Shown here: piece by piece, positions 52,865 through 64,000 of the stretch
How positions within the stretch are numbered: the stretch's first letter is position 1
Layout: each line of letters starts with the position of its first letter
The notes under the pieces: model-generated
The model's database searches: none
Told to the model about the DNA's origin: nothing
The model's input: only the letters and a program-made list of their open reading frames with translations
Source of the DNA: Ylistrum balloti
Taxonomy: Eukaryota
Assembly (NCBI RefSeq): GCF_031769215.1
Contig: NW_026782366.1
Coordinates: forward strand, 992,001-1,056,000
Reading direction: 5' to 3'
Length of the DNA: 64,000 bases
Position numbers and translations under genes: made by a program

Positions 52865-53867
52865 ATGGATATCGGGATATTCCTGCTACTTGTGGTAATG
52901 CTGAGCGTAATGCAACAAGGTCCCGGTGTATACCAGGGCCTTGTATGGTGAGTTTACAAGTTTTCTTTATAATGTCGCTGACAATTTTGACGAAACGCAA
53001 GATATTCCAAGTAGAAGCCAATGCTATTGCGAGCTTACTAAAATAATGCTACATTTCTTCAAAGAAATATTTTATCTCTAAATTTCTTTTTCTATTAAGC
53101 GTGGAACCCGAGCCAGGATATGTCCAAAGATTTTACCACTTTATCACCGCATCGGAATTCGATAAAATTTGTCCAACGTCTGCCGATGTTACACTGGCAA
53201 GGATATGATTTTCTTCATCTCGGATGTTTTCTGTCTACCTATTGTCTGTAACAATCATTATTCATATTTAAAAAAACATTTAATGCATGTTTCATTTATT
53301 TCAGCGAATTGGTAATGAGATATGGAGTACTCTCCTCTGTGCCCTTGTCAGCGTGGTGTTATGGAACGCTCCAGCCATTGGGAGATGTGCAAAAAAGGGA
53401 TATTCTACCATGATGTCTACGATCCATGAATGGAGAACTCGTAAGTAATATTGACAGATGAGGTACGCCACACTTTTTGTTTTATTTACTTGACATGTTT
53501 TACTCTATCATGATGTACGTTATAATGATGTATGTTATAATCTTGTATAGGTCCTTCACGGTGTCCTCACTGCGGAACGGTCCCGTGTCAGGTAAAAAGA
53601 AGATCCTTTTGGAAACCCTCAGGATCCCGGATGACGGACAAAGCAAATTTCGTCAAGCGTGCAAATGCAATGAAATTGTTCAATCATGGACTCGAGTTAT
53701 CAGTGGTGCTTACCAAAGAACTTCCCCAGGATGATCTCTACTGGAGGAGGAAATTCTGTCACGGTTTGAAGAGAAACACGTTGTGCTGTTTCCACTTTGC
53801 ATCCAGCGCCAGATCAAATATTGGTACCCAGTTCCTCGCTAGGTCGGTAGAGTATTCCTTAGATTGA
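52865..53867 (+). pseudogene. Gene D: candidate 4-exon gene or pseudogene for a small Cys-containing protein, with a probable frameshift in the last exon
   Basis: Exons 52865-52947, 53100-53196 (needs a GC donor, CTG|gcaagg), 53305-53440 and 53551 onward join in frame. Hydrophobic start MDIGIFLLLVVMLSVM. Last exon has CPHCGTVPC...N..KR...DDLYWRRK; a motif FPLCIQRQIKYWYPVP lies in another frame after ~53770. Confidence 0.4.
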
Positions 53868-55119
53868 AATAGGTAGATAGTTGTTGATAAGAAAGCAGTC
53901 TTCTGTCCTACTCTTCCTCCAAAAATATGCTTTGATATTAGCTATCTATCGAGAGAATCATTAGAAAGATTCTGAACATCATAACGTCATCTGAACGTTT
54001 GCGACTTACGGTTTCCTCTCTTTATTTGAGACAGGACGAAAAATAAACATATCACTGATTGAAATGCGTTCATGTCTCTATAACTGCAATTAATTCTGAT
54101 AGTTGCTGTATACGGTAGGAAGTTATATATGGTTTAGTTATGAGAAATCAGAACATTTATCAGTGATCACGGATACAATATTTGAATACACTCAGTTCTA
54201 AAAATACTAAATTGTTAAGATGAGAAGTTTTCCGTCGTTATTTTATATTTTGAATGAAAATATTTGACTCCAAATGATCTTATTTGTTGACGGATTCATT
54301 GTTAAAAGTAAGCTAACGAACAAAAGGTAGCGTACATTTCAGTAAATACCTTCCGTAAGATTATATCTACTATTGGCAGTATTGTTGACATTTCAGATTA
54401 ATTTCCTGTCCTCAGCGAAAGATGTTCAGGATAATCGAATGATGGAGATGTTGCATCGACGCCATCAGTTATGTGATGTTCCACTCGGTGTGATGTGTTT
54501 ATTTGTACTTTCGTTTCGGTCAGATGTAACCGAAGCAATCTTGATCATGAATGATCTTATCGCCTTTTAACCTTTGATTTTGATCTAAATTTGTCTTTTT
54601 TTGGTCACTGCGAGAAATTTTGAAATTGTTTCTACAATATCAACATAACTCGAATTGATATAGAATATTTCAGACAATATTACTCTCCATCATCCCATAT
54701 ACATGTGCTTTATTTTTAATATTTCCAATATGTACATTGCATTCATATCATATATTATGTAAGAAAAAAAGTCAATATTCAGTTTTATTTTTCTATATAT
54801 TGTATATGAATTAATGGTTTAATTTTATATGGAATTTCTGATAACCTCTAGATAAACTTCATAAAAATGTACTTTCCTTTTTAATGAATCGGCCAGAAGA
54901 GAAATTAAATACCCTGAATATCCATTATGTAGTTGTTGTGTTCAAGTTATAATTTCACATACATGCAGTTATATGTTCACACACACGCAGTTATAATTTC
55001 ACACACGCGCGCACGCACGTACACATCACAATTGATAACAGAACATAATAGTCTCATACAAAAACATGTAATGCTCTGTCAAACGTGCCATATACATAAA
55101 AAAGTAACCAATCTCTAAG

Positions 55120-56030
55120 TATCTTATACCGATAATAATTTGAAATACAAGGGGGTTTGACATAAGGGTTTTCTAAATCTTTTAATCTTTGGAAATTGGG
55201 TCTCACTACTAAATTGGTTTGAAAAGTATTTTTAAAATCGTAAAAACAGAGAGTTGGTACTAACGGCAAAAGTTCCAACTGGTCTGAAGTGAAAGCTGAT
55301 GTTCCCTAAGGCCCCATTCTTGTGCCTCTTTTGTTCTTATTTTTTACTAAGGATATTATTGAAGATACAAGTGTTATCTTGTACGCCGTTATCGACTCAT
55401 CAAGAATCAGTGCCAACATTTTTAATAACAAGCTTAGTAAAGTCCATTATTGGTTCAAGAAGTGGTCAGTAATTTTTAACCCTGCTGAAACTGAAACAGT
55501 TTTAAACAGTAGGAAATATATATTATCCTTTCCAACTGATTGCCATTGGAACAAAGACGTAAATATAAAATTATCTGTTTTCATACAATGGTTCATGTTC
55601 TCGCCCGCAATACCTACAATATATTATTCCTCGTCGTTACAACCCTATCCACGATCACTCTACCAGTGTCGGCAATGATTTTCGTCCAATTCCCAGTCTT
55701 ACGACTTTATAAAGTGAATCTTCTATGCCTTCTGTAATTGAACTTTTGAATTCCTTACCAGACTTAATTAAAGATTGTCCATAGATTCTTATATAGAAAA
55801 ATCACCTCTTCGATAGTTCCCACGAATTACCGCCTTTCTATTATATCGGTAGCAGGGTTTGTCAAATCCATCATTCCAGATTGAGAATGGAGTGTAGCCC
55901 TTTAATATTCTACTTATACTGTAGAAATCTAGCTGATAGCTCTTTATGTTCGTGTATGGAAAACGAAGATACTACTAAACGCTATTGTTACATTGCAGTT
56001 TTTCTGTGCACGTGCCTTTGCTGCAATAAA
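55120..56030 (+). mobile_element. Degenerate CR1-type LINE fragment (C-terminal half of RT and 3' end)
   Basis: V*HKG...LLNWFEKYF*NRK.RVGTNGKSSNWSEVKADVP*GPILVPLLFL (the VPQGSILGPLLF motif), then GSRVCQIHHSRLRMECS...RNLADSSLCSC. Confidence 0.85.
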
Positions 56031-57157
56031 TCACACAATCTCAACTAAATTGCTCTTATTCGGCTATGATGTTTTTTTTTGCTTGTTTTTGGTTTTGTTT
56101 TGTTTTTTTATACGCAAAATTTCCCCCTCAGATCGAAAAGGTTTGAATAAGTGTTTTTTTTCCTCTCAATACACGCATGTCTTTCATTTACCGTGGACTT
56201 TATATATATGCAGTTTGTATATATTTCAGATTTGTGTTATGGAAAATCATAGAGACTCAGTCCCCATTTCTCCCTCTTCTACACCTATAGACAATATACT
56301 ATGAGTATTACTGTTTTTTTCTCACATAGTATGGTAGTTTATGTCCTTAATTTAGATTGCATTTTCTCTAACTGGAGATGGATTTATATAAGTTGTAAAA
56401 CTTGTTTCCATTACATTTCAATTTCAATTATATGTTTGATGCTACTACTGATGCTATCCAAAGATAAAATAAAATACAAGCTTATAATAAATACATCTAA
56501 AAATAGACACATCAACCGGGACATAGATTTACAATTCTAAGTCCGGGATGTAACATCTATTGTTATTTTCTATATGTTACTTTTTCAGTATTGAAATTGT
56601 ACATGTTGTTTACAAACATGTATTGGTTTGTTCATAACTATTACATACGGCACACTGATAACGGCACATCCCAAACGGTGTATCACATCAAGTGTGACAT
56701 TTAAAAACTTTTCATTGAAAGTTAATTGTTAGTTGTGTAATTATTAAATATTTTAAAAAGAAAATATAATATAATATGTCAGAGGACAAAATTCTGACAA
56801 CCCCTTAGTCCGGTTACAAGTGAAAATCTAGATTAATCAGGAACTTAAATCGGGTGCCACCAAAAGAGTTGATTCTTCTGAAAAAAAACAGGGAACATCA
56901 CAAAATAGGCCATTTCTTCTTGATATCAAAAATTCTAATTTCTGATATCAAAGTATGATTTTTATATCAATCGTCGTTTTATATATCAAGTATATTAGAT
57001 ATTTAGTAATAAGCAGCGTATTATGTTTTACGTTATCCATATATATTCAACAGTTGCTGAAATTCCCAATACGGGAGTTTCAACAGCTTATTTACATAAT
57101 AATCTAGTCTGTAACAAAGTATCAGGTCCTTGTGTAGTCATTGTTGGCAAATTTTCA

Positions 57158-57188
<31 letters not shown>

Positions 57189-57254
57189 GCAGTGATCTGG
57201 TTCCGGATTATTTAATTCCGTCTCCGACTCCTTATGTGAAATGGAAGAACGCCA

Positions 57255-57270
57255 GTTCATACTTCCGGTG
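57255..57270 (+). promoter_or_regulatory. ETS/GABP-type motif (ACTTCCGG) just upstream of the proposed SGF11 start
   Basis: acttccggtg at ~57261, about 50 bp before ATG 57313; typical of housekeeping promoters or 5' ends. Motif match only. Confidence 0.35.
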
Positions 57271-57312
57271 TCTGTCATCTGTTTCTTATGTTGACAAAAA
57301 AGACAGCAAGAT

Positions 57313-60300
57313 ATGGATAACAAAACTCCGCACTGTCAACAGAATGGGGATATAGGTTTGCAGGTATTTACTCATTTGTTGGTGTTTTATAAGCGATCTC
57401 ATTCATAAAGCGAAAACGCTGTTGGTTATTTTCTTACCAACGTCGTACACATCCATCACACATAGGCAAAAGATCTGTTGACTGTAAAACACCTGCGTTT
57501 GTTTCAAAGCAGACAAAAAGAAAACCGTGCGATTGAGTTTAGATAACAATGTTTTGTTGAAAATAGATAGAAAATTATTTATGCACAGGGAAAATAAATA
57601 CACATTGATACTGAACATTTTTCGGTCTGACAAAAATGATCGTCACTCAAAATCATCCATTTGAGTCAAGTATATTGTATTTGAAGTCGGTACACAACAA
57701 TAAACACTAGCCTTTTATAACCGACTATAAGCATATGTGAAATGTTTTGAATCAGCATGCAACAAAATGACATATCTATAAAAACATACTACTTATAGTT
57801 GTAAAATAAGAATAATACATAAACACATATAACATTACATATAAAAGTTATCAGAATAAAATTAAGATATATCAATGAATACACACAGTGTAACAAAAAC
57901 TAACAAGAGCACAGCTGTGTTAGTTAAAATAAATAACTTAAACAACCTATGTGTAAGTTAAGCAAAACAAATAATCAGCACTTATACTACAGGTGTTACT
58001 AATTAATTTGAAATCCATAGCTACTGAAAAGTATAAGAAGCACTAAAATACAGTTGCTGAATTAAACAAAAGGCTACAATACATAAATAAGCTGTAAAGT
58101 AAGGAAACAATTAGTTAGAAATAAACTCTTCTGCATGTTTTCCCATTCCCCTGCCTGATTACAGCTTTAAATTCATTAAAAAGAATTAATTTTACACATG
58201 TAGTGGGGTAGGAAATTCCAAATATTGGCAGCAATCATTTGCACCATACCTCACTGTCTTGCTAAACTTTGTAGGTTTAAACTCTAGAATATTTGAATGT
58301 ATGATTAGAAAATTAAAACAAAGTATATAAACTACTATGATGAAAAAAGAGGAAAACAATAAATTTTATTGACGATAACACCACCATTACTCGAAGGTGT
58401 ACATATTGGAGATCACTACTCATGCTTGCCATTTGCCTTTTTATCATGCATGTCTGCTCTGAGCAAAAGAAAAGAAAATCTATACTGTGTAATGGAGTTC
58501 AGCTCATTAGGTTCTGGTATTTCTTGTTAATTTATCATTTGATGCTGATGAAACCAGCTGTCTATAGTCCCAGTTCTGCATCCTCTCGTGACAATGCAAT
58601 ATTAACATGATTATAAACTTTGTATACACTCTAGCAAGCAGTCATTTACTTTTTGCCATTTGGTTCATTGTTTTCTGGAGATATCAATATAGCCTTTGAT
58701 CTTTTAAAGATTATTAAGATATTTTGTTTCCAATTACTGACATGTACATATAGTTGAACTATGAAAAGAGACAAGACATTGCAGGTCAAGATCATTTTTT
58801 GTCTTGGTCACCTTTCTTTTTAGAGTGTTACATATGGATGTAGAAAATTTCAAGAAGCTATTATAGTTTGCTGTCATTTTCTCAGTCTGGATGGAGATAA
58901 TGAGCTTGGTCAACTAAAATTTGACAAAGTTGAAAAATCAAGTCTTGAGTTCAATTCTTAACATTAACCATCTACACTGTAAAGCTCCATATTATAAGTG
59001 TGTTTCTCATTGGTTAATGGTGAGGCCATCCATGCATGACAAACTGACACGGTTTTTATTTTACTATCCTTGTTGCCAAGAAAGTGAAGAAAGTAGGATA
59101 AGACATTTGTAATATGTAACTAATGCAACTTTATGGAACTTACTGATACATTCTTGGAACTTTAAATATTCAAGTAGCTAAACAAAAACAAAGTATTGAC
59201 ATTAATAATAATGAATTCAGATATCAAACTTTTCCATATTCAGAAATTTGTGACTTCCCTTTTTTGTTTTGACAGGGTATGCTGACAGATGTCATGAATG
59301 AGCTGATTGATGAGGTCACACTTGGTCTGTGCTTTGATATCCACAGAGCCTCAAAGATTGGCACATTGTTTTTAGGAGATACAGATCCAAAGTAATTTTT
59401 TTTTTTGCTTATATCAGATATCAATGAATTAACTTTGAATTGTTATACAGCTTTTTTCAATGAAAAATCTTTTGACTGCAACTACTGATTCAAGTTTTAA
59501 CACTATAGTGAGTTTTGGGACTCAAATATTTGAGTCCTGGACTCATGCTTTTCCTGTGTCACTCACCCAAATTTCAAGAATCTCTATATCTCTTTCTCAC
59601 TTTTGTGCTCTGGACTCCCTAGAAAAAAATCCTGCAGAGATTTCAGAACTGTCTGATGTAATAAAGTGAGATTAAGTTTTCGATCTCATGTAAAAGTAAT
59701 GCCTTCCTGCTACTTCGACTTTCCACTTTATATGTTTTACTAACTTTTCTTTTTTTTTCTGCTGATTAAAGGCACAAAAAATGAAAATACTAGATTTAAA
59801 TCCTATGCATGTTAAATGAATAAATTAACATTATATTTATAACTCATACCAGACAAATTCCAGTCTTTATCACTAATAAGATTACATGGACTACATTGCC
59901 TGATTCTGTGAGGATATTAAATTGGACATCACATGTAACAGAGTGAAAAACTATGATGATTAATTGTAAATTAATACAATATAAAGAATTTGAATCCTTA
60001 TGCGGATTCTCTAATCAACAAAGGTACTGAATTCCTTGTGGCCACTAGCAATCAATTGTACCCATTTTTCAGTCAAGTTTCAATACATAGTAATTTTTGA
60101 AGGATTTTTTCAGATGAGTTCAGAACACCTTTTCCAAAATTGTATCCTAAAGTTTGAGTAAATCTCAATAAAAGATATGGTGGTATGGGATCTCAGACTT
60201 TAAGTGAATCCCACTATTTAGAGATATAATGGGTTATCAAATTTGAGTGAGTCCCACTACTCATGGTATTTAGAGATATAATGGGTTGTCAGACTTTGAG

Positions 60301-62620
60301 TGAATCCCACTACTTATGATATTTAGAGATATAATGGGTTATCAGACTTTAATTGAATCCCACTATTTAGAGATATAATGGGTTATCAGACTTTAAGTGA
60401 ATCCCACTATTTAGAGATATAATGGGTTAAAAGACTTTGAGTGAATCCCACTATTTAGAGATATAATGGGTTATCAGACTTTGAGTGAATCCCACTATTT
60501 AGAGATATAATGGGTTATCAGACTTTAATTGAATCCCACTATTTAGAGATATAATGGGTTATCAGACTTTAAGTGAATCCCACTATTTAGAGATATAATG
60601 GGTTATCAAACTTTGAGTGAATCCCAAGGGAAATGCTTGAGTCAAGGCATCAATTAACTGAATCCTGAAAATCACTGATATACATACATACATACATGTA
60701 TGACTATCAATAGGCTTTACAGATGTAAAAACTAACATTATATCCAGTGTTTGATATAATATATTTGTGCTTTTAAGAACTCAGATTTTTAGCTCTACCT
60801 TGTTTCGCCTGTTTTCTGGATTGATAGGATTTGCCAGAAATATTCTAATGGTAAAAATCACTGGACTTTTCAGTGAAATATAAATGATCTTCATTTATGA
60901 CCTCAATAAAAAAAGAATATATCTTAGATTTGATTGAATGTCAGGTTTTAAGTCAAAAATAAAATCTAGGTAAATCAAATTCTGTTGAAAAGTGTTGTCT
61001 ATATTGCTGTTGTAACTGTATCAGATAATTGCTTACATGCAGGTGATGTGATGATGTTGGGAAAGTGACTACTAAGCCAAAGTATTATGTATATGTATGA
61101 AGTAGTTGTTAAAACAATTGTTGAGAAGAATGTATTTGTAGTTTAACATTAAAATCCATTAAATGTCTGTCACAATCTCATTGTAGGTCACAACGTGAAT
61201 ATGGTAAGTATACTTTTATTTTATTTTACTTTTGATTACCTGAGTAATTTCCGGAAAGGTGTTTATCTGTTATAAATTATAAGTCAATTAAATTCTGGAG
61301 AGTAATGTGATACATCATACAGAACATACCAGTACTAGTGTACTGCTTCTTGATATATATTATGTATGTACTCTGCACTAATACAGTACAAAATATGTTT
61401 GTATTAAATAAAACCATTTGTGTTTGCCTGCAAGTACAGGTGCAGTGAAATAAAACAAGTACCACTATTTGGTTTTGTTTGTAAAATGGTGAATAATTTT
61501 CTTCAACAGAAATAGTAGAAAAACTTGGAGTAGATGTGTTTGGCCAAGTGCCAACGAAAAAGCAATTTGAATGCGTCTGTCCAAATTGCCAGCGAAATCT
61601 TGCAGCATCCAGATTTGCTCCCCACCTAGAGAAATGTATGGGCATGGGCCGAAATAGTTCACGAATAGCCAGTCGCCGTCAGGCCCGCATTGCCAAGGAA
61701 AGTGAGACAAGGTACTCGATGCATGTATTATGCACTCTCTGGAAATTTTTTTAAGCTTCACTATTTCATTTGGCATTTACATCTTATGCACATTCTAGCT
61801 TTGTTTGAAAAGTTTTTTCAAAAGACATAGCTATCCTTAAATTTGTATCTTACAAATTGAGAATAGCAAGATTTTTTTTTAAAATTATTATTGAATTAGA
61901 AATAATTTAGTTATTTTAACAGAAATTGATTTTTATATCTTTGCTTAACTAGAAAGAGTGGAAACAAGATGATAAGTCAACTGTAATCCAACTGGACATA
62001 AAGAATTTGCATTTAGCTTAGTCTTTCAGGGAGTTTTATGTACTGTAGCAAAAAAAATGGTTTTAGTTTTAGCACAGATGTACCTTTATTGCAGAAATTG
62101 AGATTTTGAATACTTTGACCCAATTTTCAAGTGAATGTTTTAAGTTGGAATGAATCGCCAATTTGAATATTTAATTCTAATTTACTTGAATAGTTTTAAT
62201 ACAACTTGAGACTCGAATTTTAATGTATGGAAAATATTTTTGACTCTTTCAGCAATTTGTTTATTTCGTATTCCATCTACATTGTAAAATTTCAGGAAAC
62301 TGCATCACGCTCAATAATTCTTACAGATCATACGTATACAATCAGTCATTCAATATTTGTATTTTCAAAATAATTCTTTCAGTAGTTTTTCTGATTGCCT
62401 TTTGATTTTGTTCAAACATTCAACAAGTGATATACAATAATATCAAGCTAGTTTTTTCACTGTCAGATTGTTTTTCTGATGTTAATAGATGTTTAGATGT
62501 TGTTTGTCATGTAATTTTACAGTAGTCGAGTAGCTACACTTGGGAAGGTTGAGAGTGACGAACACGACAGTCCTGATGATGATAACGATGTTGACTGGAG
62601 TTACAATGTAGACAAGAAAG
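57313..62620 (+). CDS. ATXN7L3: SAGA deubiquitination-module subunit Sgf11 / ataxin-7-like 3 (5' part; probably continues beyond the window)
   Basis: Exons 57313-57363 ([17 protein letters not shown], least certain), 59276-59391 ([30 protein letters not shown]), 61187-61203 (17 nt), 61510-61711 (DVFGQ...[37 protein letters not shown], the Sgf11 zinc finger) and 62523-62620 ([10 protein letters not shown]). All GT-AG and in frame. Confidence 0.93.
60193..60625 (+). repeat. 44-bp minisatellite (about 9 units) in SGF11 intron 2
   Basis: Unit tatttagagatataatgggttatcagactttgagtgaatcccac; two units carry a 9-bp insertion (tact(c/t)atg(g/a)). Confidence 0.95.
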
Positions 62621-64000
62621 GTATTAATTAACAAGTAATAAGGAAACCATTAGACTTCCTTAATGTTTCTGATGTAAGTATTTGTATGATTCTGATATAT
62701 ACATGTACTAATAAAGTCAATTTAAGGAAGTCAAACCTACAAGGTAAGAATGACTTGTAGTGTTCATGTTTTGAGTGCTGTCATACCATCTAGAAAAGCA
62801 ATCTACAGTTATGGGTTTTATGTGAACAGTTTTATGTTTAAAGATAAAATCCCCTGGTCACCACAGGGATTGACATGAAACAGGAAAGATGTAACCAACT
62901 TATACAGAATTTTTTTAAGGGTTTGTAATTTTGTCTTTCCACAATAAATGAGAATTACAGAAACTATGAACATGCTACTTTTCCTTTGGTGTCTGTGTCC
63001 ACTGCAACATGAAAAAGATGTCTTACGTTCAGCCTTTCAGAAAGTATATACATTTTATACAGCTAAATTTATTGTATAGCTCATTCATGTGGCTTACAAC
63101 TTAAATCATGATACACATAGAGATTACGATACTGGGCTTCATTGATCACCATTTATCAGGTAAAATTTGATTTTGATGGATTTTTAGAATAATTTCATAG
63201 TATTCAAAAAGTTAGATGTTGTAGGATTTTTAATCTGTCCAATTTAATTGGAACAAGTAGGAGTGATACTAAAATTATTTTGTACAAGTCTGATTGTCCT
63301 TTTGTTTTTTTTTTAGTATAATTATAAAGTATAGTTTTTTGAGGTCAATGTGATAAAGTCAAAATTTGATACAAATGAATGATCATGAATATAAATATAT
63401 TGTATGCTTTGATTTGATTTTGGTATTTATGTAAATCACCTTGGAAGTACATCAATACATGTTGCTTAGGAGCATTTCATTTTCAGAACTCAGATTTCAC
63501 CGTTCAGGGTTATCTGCCCTTAGGTCACTCCAAAGGATTTAGACTGGCAGGTTGTTTAAACTTTTGATATGTGAATGTATTCACAAACTCTAATAGATTG
63601 ACTTTGAGATGGTGCTTACTCAAGTGTATGTGATTTGTTTATGACTAAATGTGAAGCCAAAATGGGGCAATCATGGATGTTATTTCAATATGTAGAATGC
63701 TGTATGTAATAGCAATGAAATAATGAATATATATATATATATCGAATGCTAGCTTTGCATTGTATTATGAATATCACTGCTGAGGAGATGGCATTTCATT
63801 GTGTTGACAAAGGTTGTGGTAGTCCTGGAAGCAGAGAATAGTGTAAAAATAAAGGGATGGTTTTATTGGGAAGGATCAATCACTTGGACAGCTATCAATG
63901 TTTCACGATATCTATTACCATAGATTTAATCACGCTCCTGTTGTTTTAAAGACTTTAAAATGTATAACATGCTACCAGTTGTTTGGTACTCTATTCTACA

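Overview
AT-rich animal genomic DNA, most consistent with a mollusc (bivalve-like repeat and gene content); nothing prokaryotic was seen. Exons were assembled by hand from splice sites and reading-frame phases. (1) A cluster of three related HYR/sushi (SVEP1/Uninflatable-like) genes. Gene A is on the minus strand, starts at 4426 and runs off the window. Gene B is on the minus strand and encodes a 386-aa secreted protein in 6 exons. Gene C is on the plus strand and encodes a ~1599-aa type I membrane protein in 25 exons; B and C are head-to-head, 814 bp apart. (2) About 20 kb between A and B is a three-copy tandem duplication of a ~5-8 kb non-coding unit with nested minisatellites and copy-specific insertions, one being a 405-bp TG..CA element that carries a tRNA-like Pol III promoter. 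(3) Degenerate Penelope-like and CR1-type retroelement fragments. (4) A candidate 4-exon gene or pseudogene at 52.9-53.9 kb. (5) The 5' part of SGF11/ATXN7L3. The most interesting biology is the A/B/C cluster: convertase-flanked cationic N-terminal peptides, and a secreted paralogue that stops just before the position where the membrane paralogue has a predicted furin site. No database searches were run; family names come from motif recognition.
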